Shown: positions 19,215-28,704, counted from the first letter of the stretch. The stretch: DNA of 38,663 bases from an uncultured Nitrospinota bacterium (GCA_964395915.1 CAYNDB010000005.1:5616-44278); one strand, 5' to 3'. Notes: generated by a model not told the origin, from the sequence alone. Made by a program: numbers and translations.

Positions 19215-19739
19215 ATGAACGTAGCCGAGGAAGTGAAAGAAGAGACTGTGCAGAAACAGATTTTGAGCGAGCATACGAGCAAATACCTTACGTTTGTTCT
19301 GGGGGAGGAAGAGTATGGCCTTGAGATACTCAAAGTGCGTGAAATCATCGGAATCATGGAAATAACCAGCGTCCCGCAAACCCCGGAGTTTATAAAAGGT
19401 GTGATAAACCTGCGAGGGAAAGTAATACCAGTGGTTGATCTTCGGCGTAAGTTCGGCATGGAGACAGCGGAATATACGGAAGAGACTTGCATCATCGTGG
19501 TAGACATAGCCGCATCGTCGATGGGTATATTGGTGGACACTGTATCCGAAGTTTTGGACATTCCTCAGGAAAGTATTGAGCCGCCACCCTCGTTCGGCTC
19601 CAGTATAAACACAGAGTTCATATTGGGTATGGGAAAAATTAAAGGTAAAGTAAAAATACTGCTCGATATAAACAAGGTGCTTTCCACAACAGACCTCACG
19701 ACTATTTCTAACGTAGTGGAAAATAACCAGGAGGAATAA
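19215..19739 (+). CDS. cheW: Chemotaxis coupling protein CheW
   Basis: KYLTFVLGEEEYG, ITSVPQTPEFIKGVINLRGKVIPVVDLR, GILVDTVSEV; AAGGA RBS before ATG 19215. Confidence 0.94.
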   Translation: MNVAEEVKEETVQKQILSEHTSKYLTFVLGEEEYGLEILKVREIIGIMEITSVPQTPEFIKGVINLRGKVIPVVDLRRKFGMETAEYTEETCIIVVDIAASSMGILVDTVSEVLDIPQESIEPPPSFGSSINTEFILGMGKIKGKVKILLDINKVLSTTDLTTISNVVENNQEE

Positions 19740-20059
19740 TCAAACCCGGCATAAGCGGAATAACAGATAAAAAAACCAAACAAAAGCGCCAAAGCCACCA
19801 TCACCTCTCTTGCTGATTTACCAGATAACGCCTAGAATTTCAATTATTTATAATAAACCAACCGACTCACATTATCTGTTGGAAGACTCTAAAACACGGC
19901 TCTGCAATTGGGCGTTGATTACCCGCCGCTTAGGCTTGCCCTCACCTGAATCATTAAAAAAGTTGTTGCTCTTCCCCACTTCGTTCAGAATGGCTAATTG
20001 AATATTGGCTTTAAGCCGATCAATAGCTTTATAATTGACTCTGGGGAACAGGCGACAAA

Positions 20060-20860
20060 TTGAAATCAAAATTCAAGACTGATCCGCCACCATTGTGGCT
20101 CTTGGCTCTGCGCGGCGTAACGTTTTACACCGTATTGGGCTTATGTATCATTTTGTCCTTATCCAGACCTGCCTTGGCCGACGAACCTTTTATCATAAAT
20201 GTGGCGCGTGAAAACCCGGTAAATCGCATTGTAATTTCCGGTGAAATAAAAGGCGCTTTCACACCTGAAATCGAGGAAACAATAAAAAGCGGAGTCCCGA
20301 TTACTTTCACCTATTACCTGCAACTAAAACGCCCAAGAGCCATCATCTGGAACGAAACTATTCGCACTCTGGTTATCAAGCGAATGGTGAAGTTCGACAC
20401 GTTGCGCAACAAGTATCTTACCTGGGTGAAAAAATCTATGGAGAATGACATAGATTTCGAAGCTGAGCTTGTGGCCGCAGGGTTTAAAAAAGACAACGGG
20501 CATGAGGCGCTTGATGAAAAACCGGGCGAGCAAAAAGATCGAGCGACTGGGCCTCCCGCTATGGAGCCGGATATTATAGAGAATCTGGAACAAGTGAAAC
20601 TATGGATGACGAAGCTTGATAGAATAGACCTTGGGCCTGTTGAAGACCTTGCCCAGTCGACTCCGTATTACGCTCGAGTAAAATGCGAGATGAAATCCGT
20701 TAAACTCATACCTCCTTTCAGCTACATTCTTGCGTTCGTCTATCCAATGGACTTCGATACGGACTGGAGCGTCTCGGCAATGTTTACGATCAATAACGCA
20801 AGCGGGACATCGGCGACACATGGCGACAAAAAGAAAAAAGAACTGGGAAAAGCTGAATAG
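20060..20860 (+). CDS. DUF4390-like exported protein
   Basis: Signal/TM segment ending PALA; ETIKSGVPITFTY and DFDTDW motifs; position directly upstream of an NtrY-like kinase; start codon uncertain (TTG). Confidence 0.72.
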   Translation: MKSKFKTDPPPLWLLALRGVTFYTVLGLCIILSLSRPALADEPFIINVARENPVNRIVISGEIKGAFTPEIEETIKSGVPITFTYYLQLKRPRAIIWNETIRTLVIKRMVKFDTLRNKYLTWVKKSMENDIDFEAELVAAGFKKDNGHEALDEKPGEQKDRATGPPAMEPDIIENLEQVKLWMTKLDRIDLGPVEDLAQSTPYYARVKCEMKSVKLIPPFSYILAFVYPMDFDTDWSVSAMFTINNASGTSATHGDKKKKELGKAE

Positions 20861-20881
20861 GGGGCTTTACGATTTAGAGCC

Positions 20882-23215
20882 ATGAGCATAAAAAACCAAT
20901 CCCGCAGGGCTTTAAACTTTATTAAGTGGCTGGTGGTGCCAGGCGACTATAGCGGTGTAGAGCCAAACGACGTTGTGGCAAGCCGGAAGCGCAAGACTCG
21001 CGCTGTAATATTCATAACAACGGTCATATTCATCTCAATGACCATCTTTGTTCTTCTATGGGAGAACTCTGGCGGCTCTACCCCTCTGGTAAACGATCTG
21101 GCTGTCGCGTTAATATTAAATCTGGGTGTTATACTGCTTATCGCTTTGGCGTTGCTGGTCGCGCGCAACCTGGCAAAGCTTTATATCGAAAGACGTGGAA
21201 AGATAGCAGGCTCCATGTTCCAGACCAAGCTTGTCATCTCCTTCCTGCTGATGACCCTTATACCCACCGCGCTTCTGTTCTTCGTCGCATCAGAGCTTAT
21301 CGGAGCTACGGTGGACAACTGGATCAACACCAAAGTCGAGAGCACTTTACGTGAATCGCTGGAAGTGGCCGACAGCCTTTACAGACAGTCTGAAGAAAAA
21401 GTACGGGCCAACGCCGCATATCTTTCGGGCCTGGCGGGAAGGCGCGGGCTTTTGAAACCAGAGTCAATAAGCGACCTCAACAGAGTTCTCCGTCAAAAGC
21501 TAAGAGAATACAATGTAGACCTTATACAAGCCTATAACGAGGACTTTGAGCTTATAGCCGTAGCGGCCAGACCGAAAACGGAGGCAAGCTATAACCTGGA
21601 CGACAAACCCGATATTCTTGCCAGAGTCGCTTTTGGAGAAACCATAACGGATTTTCATGACCTGCAAGAAGGAAAAATGGTGGTGTCTCTGGCTCCGGTA
21701 AAAACAGATCGCAGTTCGGGACAGGCAAAGGGAGTCATGCTAGTGGCAAAACAGGTGACCAAGCGGCTCATCGAAAAGGCCCAATCCATCACAAATGCTT
21801 TCGAGGATTACAAGCAGCTTACGTTAAAAAAGGAGCTTATAAAATCCTCCTATCAGGTAACCTTGGCGATCGTGGCTCTTGTCCTCCTCTTCTCAGCCAT
21901 ATGGATCGGCTTCTACCTTGCCAAAAGTATTACCGTTCCACTAAAAACACTTTCTGAAGCGACTGAAAAAATTTCCAAAGGAGACCTGGATGTAAAAATC
22001 GACCTGCCAGCGGGAAGTGATGAGGTGGGGCAGCTTGTGAGCGCCTTCAATACAATGACAGATGATCTTAAAACCACCCAAAAGCGGTTTAAGCAGGCAA
22101 ACAGAGACCTGACAGAGTCAAATATTGAGTTGCATCACTGGGGCCAATATATAGAAGCTGTGCTGGATAATGTCGCTGGCGGAGTGATTTCGATAGATAA
22201 AAGTGGCTCTGTGACCACCATCAACGATTCCGCGGCGCGCATGTTTGGCCTGAAGCCTGATGACGCCAGGGGGAAAAATTACAGAAAACTGTTTGACACA
22301 ATTCTTCTCGACCCCATAAAGCGTATGGTGCGTGAAATACATAAGATGGGAACCGATACTATGGAGCGTGAATTTAATGTAAAACTTGGAGGGGAGCTTA
22401 GAACCCTGAAGGTGAATATCTCTGTGTTGCAAGACCATGACGGTCAATATATGGGAACCGTTTTTGTCTTCGACGATCTAACGGAAGTTATTGCGGCGCA
22501 ACGCTCTATCGCATGGAGGGAAATGGCCCGCGTTATGGCTCATGAAATAAAAAACCCGCTCACCCCAATCCAACTTAACGCTCAGCGTATGCGCCTGAAA
22601 TACGCAAAAAAAACGCCCGATTTCCCAAAAGTCTTCGACGACGCCACCAACACGATAATTCAGGAAGTGGATGAATTGAAAAAGCTTGTGGACAAATTTA
22701 CAAAAGCGGCGCATCTTGCCGATGGCGGACAGCCCGACACACAGTTGAAGGATGTAAAAATGCTGGAGCTGTCCCCGGAGCCAAACATGCTGCACGATAT
22801 AATTTATGAGGTCCTGCGGTTGTATAAGGGAACGCGCCCGGGAATAAGCCTGTTGACAGACCTTGATCCTTCAGTGCAGCTGGTCAATATTGACGCTGGC
22901 CAGATTAAGCGAGTCTTCATCAACCTGGTGGAAAACGCTATAGACGCAATTAACGGTGGCGGGGAAATAACCATTCGAACAAAAAAGTTGGCGCAACAGG
23001 AAAAAGTTCAGATTGAGGTTGCGGACACAGGTCGTGGAGTTTCAGAAGAAGTGAGAAAAAGCCTTTTCACTCCATATTTTTCCACAAAGCCGGATGGAGC
23101 GGGGCTTGGACTGGCTATAGTAAACAGAGTTGTAGAGGACCATGGAGGAAGTATCGTGGCAAAGGAAAACGAACCGAAAGGCACAGTGTTTAAAATCGAA
23201 CTGCCCATTGAATAA
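20882..23215 (+). CDS. ntrY: NtrY-like sensor histidine kinase (HAMP, PAS)
   Basis: Three N-terminal TMs, KLVISF..MTLIP, periplasmic domain, TM, HAMP (DEVGQLVSAFNTM), PAS, AWREMARVMAHEIKNPLTPIQL, N/G1/F/G2 boxes. Confidence 0.85.
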   Translation: MSIKNQSRRALNFIKWLVVPGDYSGVEPNDVVASRKRKTRAVIFITTVIFISMTIFVLLWENSGGSTPLVNDLAVALILNLGVILLIALALLVARNLAKLYIERRGKIAGSMFQTKLVISFLLMTLIPTALLFFVASELIGATVDNWINTKVESTLRESLEVADSLYRQSEEKVRANAAYLSGLAGRRGLLKPESISDLNRVLRQKLREYNVDLIQAYNEDFELIAVAARPKTEASYNLDDKPDILARVAFGETITDFHDLQEGKMVVSLAPVKTDRSSGQAKGVMLVAKQVTKRLIEKAQSITNAFEDYKQLTLKKELIKSSYQVTLAIVALVLLFSAIWIGFYLAKSITVPLKTLSEATEKISKGDLDVKIDLPAGSDEVGQLVSAFNTMTDDLKTTQKRFKQANRDLTESNIELHHWGQYIEAVLDNVAGGVISIDKSGSVTTINDSAARMFGLKPDDARGKNYRKLFDTILLDPIKRMVREIHKMGTDTMEREFNVKLGGELRTLKVNISVLQDHDGQYMGTVFVFDDLTEVIAAQRSIAWREMARVMAHEIKNPLTPIQLNAQRMRLKYAKKTPDFPKVFDDATNTIIQEVDELKKLVDKFTKAAHLADGGQPDTQLKDVKMLELSPEPNMLHDIIYEVLRLYKGTRPGISLLTDLDPSVQLVNIDAGQIKRVFINLVENAIDAINGGGEITIRTKKLAQQEKVQIEVADTGRGVSEEVRKSLFTPYFSTKPDGAGLGLAIVNRVVEDHGGSIVAKENEPKGTVFKIELPIE

Positions 23216-23335
23216 TGCTATACTTTACGGCGAATAGTGGAAATCATGCGGAACCGCCGCATAAAAATGAAAAACGCATAATTTATTTGAAGAACACCTG
23301 TCTACGCATGGAGCGTTAGTCATAAACGTTGTTGT

Positions 23336-25474
23336 ATGAAAAAAGGCAAGATTATCGTCGTAGACGACGAGGATAATATTAGAGGAACCCTTCAGGAAAT
23401 CCTTTCCGACGAAGGGTATGAGGTCACCTGCGCCAAAGATGGAGAAACGGCCCTGCGAGTTTTCCAAAAAGAAGCTCCAGATGTCGTATTGCTGGATGTC
23501 TGGATCCCCGGCATCGACGGAATGCAGACGCTCAAAATGCTGAAAAATATCGACCCCGAGACAGAAATCATCATGATGAGCGGCCACGGCAGCATAGACA
23601 CGGCCGTAAAGGCCACAAAGCTTGGAGCTTATGATTTTATCGAGAAACCTTTCTCGCTGGAGTCTATCCTTCGTATCGTGGCAAAGGCGCTTAGAAGCCG
23701 TCATATCCGTCTTTCCAAAAAACAGTCTGGAGGGCAGAGCGCGGAAAATATGGAGCGAAGATTCCTCGGCTCATCACAAAGCGCAAAAAATACAAGAAAG
23801 CTTATACGGCAGGCCGCCGGTAACGATAACCCTACGCTGATCGTGGGGGAGCCGGGGTTGGGAAAAAAGTTTGCCGCAAGGGTAATTCACAATTTATCCG
23901 CTCGACGTGGCAAGCCTTTTGTGGAGCTGTCGTGCGCCACATTGACTGAAGCCATTCTGGCGTCCACCCTCTTGGGAAATGAAAGCGCCGACCAGGATAT
24001 TGATATATCTGATCTTGGACTTTCTTCCGGCGGCGTTATTTTTTTCGATCGAATCGACAAGCTTTCATCAAGAATGCAGGAGAAGCTTTTTCAAATATTA
24101 AAAAACCGTCGATTCAGAATTCCCGGGGAAGACTCAAACAAAACTTTTAACATAAGAGCAATCGCTTCTGTCACTTCAGATCGGAGCGGCGTTGAAATTG
24201 GCGATCTTAACGAGGATTTGCAAAAGTTTTTGGGCCAAAATCTGATAAAACTTACGCCATTAAGAGAGCGGAGAGACGACCTTCCAAAGTTCATAGAACA
24301 ATTTGTCGATGACCTTTGCGATGAACATGAAAAGGATATAGGTTCGGTAAACAAGGAAGCCCTGAAAACTTTGATGCAAGCTCCGTGGCCCGGAAATGTT
24401 CGACAACTTAAACAGGTGGTCGAATACGCTGTCCTGGCTTGTGACGGGCCGACGTTGTTAAAAAATCACCTGCCGCTGTCCGAGCTGGATATAGCCTATG
24501 AAAAAAGCGCTGCAAACGCTTTTGACGACATATATTTTACCCGGCTTAAAGACCTTCCTCTATCGCCTGGTCATAGTGGAAAACAGACAGAAAAACGAAA
24601 AGGAAAAGGGCTTCCACAAAAAACGCTTAAAGACTCCGTGGTGTTATGCGGACAGGGTCTTCACTCCGGCATCAAAACTGGAATGATCCTCTCCCCGCTG
24701 CCGCCGAATTCCGGAATTGTGTTTGGAGAGATCAGCACGGGGGACAGGGTGCCGGCTCTTTTGAAGAACGTGCGAAGCACAGAATACGCCACGACACTTT
24801 CCAACGGACGGGTAACGATTAAAACCATCGAGCATATAATGTCCGCCCTGCATAGTTACGGGGTCACCAACCTGCTGATTAAAATCGGCGACGAGGCGCC
24901 AATCATGGACGGCTCGGCCCTCGATTTTTGCCAGATTATCGAAAATAGCGGCGTTAAGGAACAGGATGATTTCATAGAAGAAGTCATTATCGATAAAAAG
25001 ATCTCTGTTGGCGACACGGAAAATGGACCTTCGCTTACCGTGGAGCCTTCCGATCGATTCTCCATACACTACTTTCTCGATTACCCCTCGCCTATCGGCA
25101 AACAGGAATATAAATATGTTTATGAATCGGGCGAAAAATATAAAGAGACCATAGCTCCGGCCCGCACCTTCGGTTTTTTACGCGACATAAAAAAGCTGGA
25201 AGAGGCGGGGCTTGCCAGCGGCGGGAAATTATCTAACGTTGTGTTGATAGATGACGAAAGGGTGGTAAACACACCATTGCGGTTTTCAAACGAAATGGCC
25301 CGGCATAAAATACTGGATCTTATAGGTGACCTGCATCTTCTCGGCAAGCCTATACGGGGTCATTTTACCGCAATGAAAAGCGGACATACGCAGAACATTG
25401 AGCTTACACAGAAAATTCTCGACTATGTGACGGAGTCTGAATCGAAAGTGGCTGAAAAACATGCCGTCTCCTGA
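23336..25474 (+). CDS. lpxC: Fusion protein: NtrX-like receiver + degenerate sigma54-activator AAA+ domain + UDP-3-O-acyl-GlcNAc deacetylase (LpxC)
   Basis: REC (VVDDE, LLDVWIPG, MMSGHG, FIEKPF); AAA+ remnants (GEPGLGKK, FFDRI, PLRERRDD, WPGNVRQL); from about 24617 LpxC (QKTL, GLHSG, TIEHIMSAL, PIMDGSA, IAPARTFGF, RHKILDLIGDL, KSGHTQN). Confidence 0.92.
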   Translation: MKKGKIIVVDDEDNIRGTLQEILSDEGYEVTCAKDGETALRVFQKEAPDVVLLDVWIPGIDGMQTLKMLKNIDPETEIIMMSGHGSIDTAVKATKLGAYDFIEKPFSLESILRIVAKALRSRHIRLSKKQSGGQSAENMERRFLGSSQSAKNTRKLIRQAAGNDNPTLIVGEPGLGKKFAARVIHNLSARRGKPFVELSCATLTEAILASTLLGNESADQDIDISDLGLSSGGVIFFDRIDKLSSRMQEKLFQILKNRRFRIPGEDSNKTFNIRAIASVTSDRSGVEIGDLNEDLQKFLGQNLIKLTPLRERRDDLPKFIEQFVDDLCDEHEKDIGSVNKEALKTLMQAPWPGNVRQLKQVVEYAVLACDGPTLLKNHLPLSELDIAYEKSAANAFDDIYFTRLKDLPLSPGHSGKQTEKRKGKGLPQKTLKDSVVLCGQGLHSGIKTGMILSPLPPNSGIVFGEISTGDRVPALLKNVRSTEYATTLSNGRVTIKTIEHIMSALHSYGVTNLLIKIGDEAPIMDGSALDFCQIIENSGVKEQDDFIEEVIIDKKISVGDTENGPSLTVEPSDRFSIHYFLDYPSPIGKQEYKYVYESGEKYKETIAPARTFGFLRDIKKLEEAGLASGGKLSNVVLIDDERVVNTPLRFSNEMARHKILDLIGDLHLLGKPIRGHFTAMKSGHTQNIELTQKILDYVTESESKVAEKHAVS

Positions 25475-26081
25475 AAAGATTAAGCTGGCGGTTTTAGCGT
25501 CCGGCAGAGGCACAAACTTACAGGCCCTGATCGACGCTTTCCGCGGTGGCGATAAAAACGTGGAAATTGTCCTGGTATTGAGTGACAATCCAGGCGCCAA
25601 GGCGCTGGAGCGGGCAAAAAAGCATGACATACCCACCTGTGTGGTAGAGCGGAAAAATTTTGGCTCCCGAGCTGAATTCGACGACGCGCTGGCGGACGCT
25701 ATACAAAAGAGTGGCGCAAAACTTGTGGCGTTGGCGGGTTTCATGCGTATTCTCTCCGGCCGTTTCCTCTCAAGATTTCCTGACCGGGTGATAAACATAC
25801 ATCCTGCCCTGTTACCCTCGTTCCCTGGTCTTGACGCGCAAAAGCAGGCGCTGGAGCATGGAGTAAAAATTACCGGGGCTACAGTTCATTTCGTTGACGA
25901 GGGGGTCGATACAGGGCCGATAATCCTTCAGGCCGCGGTTCCCGTAGCGAAGGACGACACAGTGGAAAGCCTCAGCGCGCGGATTCTGGAACAGGAGCAC
26001 ATCATTTACCCCGAAGCCATTACACTTATAGCTTCCGGTAAAATTAGCCCGCCCATGGCAAAAAAAGTCCATTCCACTTAA
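25461..26081 (+). CDS. purN: Phosphoribosylglycinamide formyltransferase
   Basis: LASGRGTNLQAL, LAGFMRIL, INIHPALLPSFPG, GATVHFVDEGVDTGPII. Confidence 0.96.
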   Translation: MPSPEKIKLAVLASGRGTNLQALIDAFRGGDKNVEIVLVLSDNPGAKALERAKKHDIPTCVVERKNFGSRAEFDDALADAIQKSGAKLVALAGFMRILSGRFLSRFPDRVINIHPALLPSFPGLDAQKQALEHGVKITGATVHFVDEGVDTGPIILQAAVPVAKDDTVESLSARILEQEHIIYPEAITLIASGKISPPMAKKVHST

Positions 26082-26131
26082 GAAAAATTAAAGATATTTA
26101 TCCAAGCCGCTTTTATGAAAATCGTATAAAA

Positions 26132-26818
26132 ATGAATTTTTCACGCAGACAATACGTTATCCCGGCTTTACTGGCCTCATTATGTCTATTTCCGCTTGTC
26201 TCAATAGCCTCAGAAACAGACAGCGTAATCGATAAAATAGAAGCGTCTTTTCGTAATACAAGGGCCATGACCGCCTCCTTCACCCAGGTTATGGAGAGCA
26301 AAGGCTTGGGGCAAGTTATTGAAAAATTGAGCGGTAAAATGTATATGGTAAAACCTTCCAAAATGAGGTGGGAGTATGCCAATCCCAAAGGAAGATTGAT
26401 GGTTGTAGATGGCAAGCGCCTGTGGTTTTACGACCCCAAGGAAAATGTGACACGTTACGACGATCTTGCGGGGCTTTTAAGCCCGGACTCTCCCGCTCTG
26501 TTTCTTGCCGGCGATGCGGCTCTACGAGATATTTTCACGGTTGAGTTGGTCAAACCTGGGAAAAAGGATACACTAAAAACCATAAAGCTCAGGTTAACGC
26601 CGAAGGAGCCGCAGCCAGGCCTTAAAGCAATGGCGCTTGTTCTGGATAGCGTCTCGCTTGATATTGTAGAGCTTTTAATGGTCGATCACCTTGGAAACAG
26701 AAACAGAATAAAATTTTATAACATCGACCGTAACGCAGACCCGGATCGTAAACTGTTTCAGTTTACACCTCCAGAAGGCTCGCCTGTCCGAGCTATTGGA
26801 GAACCACTTGGAAAATAA
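26132..26818 (+). CDS. lolA: Outer-membrane lipoprotein carrier protein LolA
   Basis: Signal peptide, ASFTQ, KPSKMRWEY, VVDGKRLWFYDP, SPALFLAG, FQFTPPEG. Confidence 0.88.
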   Translation: MNFSRRQYVIPALLASLCLFPLVSIASETDSVIDKIEASFRNTRAMTASFTQVMESKGLGQVIEKLSGKMYMVKPSKMRWEYANPKGRLMVVDGKRLWFYDPKENVTRYDDLAGLLSPDSPALFLAGDAALRDIFTVELVKPGKKDTLKTIKLRLTPKEPQPGLKAMALVLDSVSLDIVELLMVDHLGNRNRIKFYNIDRNADPDRKLFQFTPPEGSPVRAIGEPLGK

Positions 26819-26842
26819 ATTTATCGAGGTTAATATAAAAGA

Positions 26843-28054
26843 ATGGATATGTTACTTACTACATTTTCAATATTACCGGTTTTAAGCGTCGAGAAGCTTT
26901 ATGGCTGGGCTACATTCGGTGTGTCCGCGGTCGGAGTGCTGGCGATGCTTATCGTGGCCCACGAGTTCGGTCATTTTATCGTAGCTCGCATGGTCGGAGT
27001 GCGGGTGGAAAAGTTTTCTATCGGTTTTGGCAAAAAGCTGATAGGAAGAAAATATGGCGACACCGAGTATATGCTCTGTCTGATTCCACTGGGCGGGTAT
27101 GTAAAGTTCTATGGGGACGACCCGGGCATTCCCGCTGAAAACGAGGAAGACTCCTTTCTTGCGCAGAAGGTATGGAAACGTCTGTCCATCGTTGTCGCCG
27201 GCCCACTTTTTAACATTATACTTGCCGTGTTCATTATAGCGTCCGCCGCAATGATAGGCCTTCCTGTGGTAAGCATGGAATCCGGGGAGGAGAAGCCTAT
27301 CTTCATTGCCGCTGCAATGATAAGAACCGACCAGAAAAATATGCCGCCTCAAATCGGCCAGGTTATGGAAAAATCGCCCGCCGAAAAATATGGATTACAA
27401 CCCAACGACACCATCCTCGCCATTAATGGAGCCCCCATAAAGCTGTGGATGGAAATGGTTGAGGTTATACAAAAATCTCCGGGAATAGAAATAAAACTGA
27501 AAGTAAAACGAATGTCCGGGGAAATACTGGAGATACCGCTAGTACCGAACAAGGTGAAGGCTACGACCGCCGACGGAAAGGAAACTTTCATTGGAAGGAT
27601 AGGTGTCTCACAACAATCAATAATAAAAGGTTCCCCCCACGTAGTCGCGTATTCACCTGTTGATGCGCTTTCCAATGGGGTCCGGTGGACCTGGGATTTT
27701 GTGTCCCTCACCGCCTGGTCTCTTACCAAGCTTCTTTCCCGTGATATACCGGCCAAGGAGATCGCCGGCCCAATCGGAATAATGCAGATCGCCGGAAAAG
27801 CCGCCGAGAGTGGGATAGTCAACTTGCTTATGTTTATAGCGCTTATTTCTGTAAACCTTGGCATCCTGAACCTGTTACCTATTCCAGTGCTGGACGGTGG
27901 CCACATATTCTTCTTCTCGATCGAAGCTCTGATTGGGCGACCGATTCAACTTAAGGCACAGGAGATCGCGCAACAGGTAGGCATATTTCTCCTCTTAAGC
28001 CTTATGGCGCTGGCGTTTTATAACGATATTATGCGAATTGTCAATAGCAGCTGA
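26843..28054 (+). CDS. rseP: RIP zinc metalloprotease RseP (single PDZ)
   Basis: HEFGH, FSIGFG, IPLGGYVK, AGPLFN, GPIGI, NLLPIPVLDGGH. Confidence 0.94.
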   Translation: MDMLLTTFSILPVLSVEKLYGWATFGVSAVGVLAMLIVAHEFGHFIVARMVGVRVEKFSIGFGKKLIGRKYGDTEYMLCLIPLGGYVKFYGDDPGIPAENEEDSFLAQKVWKRLSIVVAGPLFNIILAVFIIASAAMIGLPVVSMESGEEKPIFIAAAMIRTDQKNMPPQIGQVMEKSPAEKYGLQPNDTILAINGAPIKLWMEMVEVIQKSPGIEIKLKVKRMSGEILEIPLVPNKVKATTADGKETFIGRIGVSQQSIIKGSPHVVAYSPVDALSNGVRWTWDFVSLTAWSLTKLLSRDIPAKEIAGPIGIMQIAGKAAESGIVNLLMFIALISVNLGILNLLPIPVLDGGHIFFFSIEALIGRPIQLKAQEIAQQVGIFLLLSLMALAFYNDIMRIVNSS

Positions 28055-28056
28055 TT

Positions 28057-28704
28057 TCAGACCTTTTCAGCGTTCGCGCCCCAGATATATTTGTGTGTCT
28101 GAAGGCTCAGCCTGGCGTCCAGACCGGACTCTAAAAGCCATTCGACAAGATCGCGGGGGTCGACAACGCCCCATGCCGGAGAAAAAAGCACAGAACTTTT
28201 TTCCGTGAGCCCCTGTTTACGGCACGAATCAACAGACCAGTCAAAGTCATCTCTGGACGTTATAACGAATTTTATCTCGTCACGTTTGGTCAAACATAAA
28301 AAATTTGATTTAAGAAATATCTGGCCGGCTCCGGAGCCGGGAGTTTTGATGTCAACGATATAGGACGCTCTCCGATCAAAAAGAGAAATGTCCACTGTTC
28401 CGTTGGTTTCCACCAGTATTTCAAATCCTTCATCAGCCAACGCGCTTACAAGACTTTTGGCTCCAGGTCGAATTAACGGTTCACCTCCGGTCACCTCCAC
28501 AAGCCGAACATCGAACTTTTTCACCCGGTCTACGATAGATTCCACAGACACGCGCTCTCCGGTTCCCTTGGCGGCGTCTGTGGTGTCACAGTAGTTGCAA
28601 GACAGGTTGCACCCGGAAAGCCTGACGAGAACGCATGGACGCCCGGTGGAGCGGCCCTCTCCCTGTATGGACAGGTAAACTTCCCAAAGATCGACTTCGC
28701 TCAT
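28057..28704 (-). CDS. queE: 7-carboxy-7-deazaguanine synthase (radical SAM)
   Basis: SIQGEG, RLSGCNLSCNYCDT (CxxxCxxC), VTGGEPL, VETNG, LSLQTHKYIWG. Confidence 0.9.
   Translation of the reverse strand: MSEVDLWEVYLSIQGEGRSTGRPCVLVRLSGCNLSCNYCDTTDAAKGTGERVSVESIVDRVKKFDVRLVEVTGGEPLIRPGAKSLVSALADEGFEILVETNGTVDISLFDRRASYIVDIKTPGSGAGQIFLKSNFLCLTKRDEIKFVITSRDDFDWSVDSCRKQGLTEKSSVLFSPAWGVVDPRDLVEWLLESGLDARLSLQTHKYIWGANAEKV

Noticed and set aside
19810-20069. Small ORFs of 63-65 aa between cheW and DUF4390
   Set aside because: No motif or convincing RBS; more likely promoter-containing intergenic DNA
28057-28704. queE as part of a 7-deazaguanine DNA-modification (dpd) system
   Set aside because: No dpdA/tgt paralogue or other dpd genes are nearby; it is translationally coupled to rnc in a housekeeping operon
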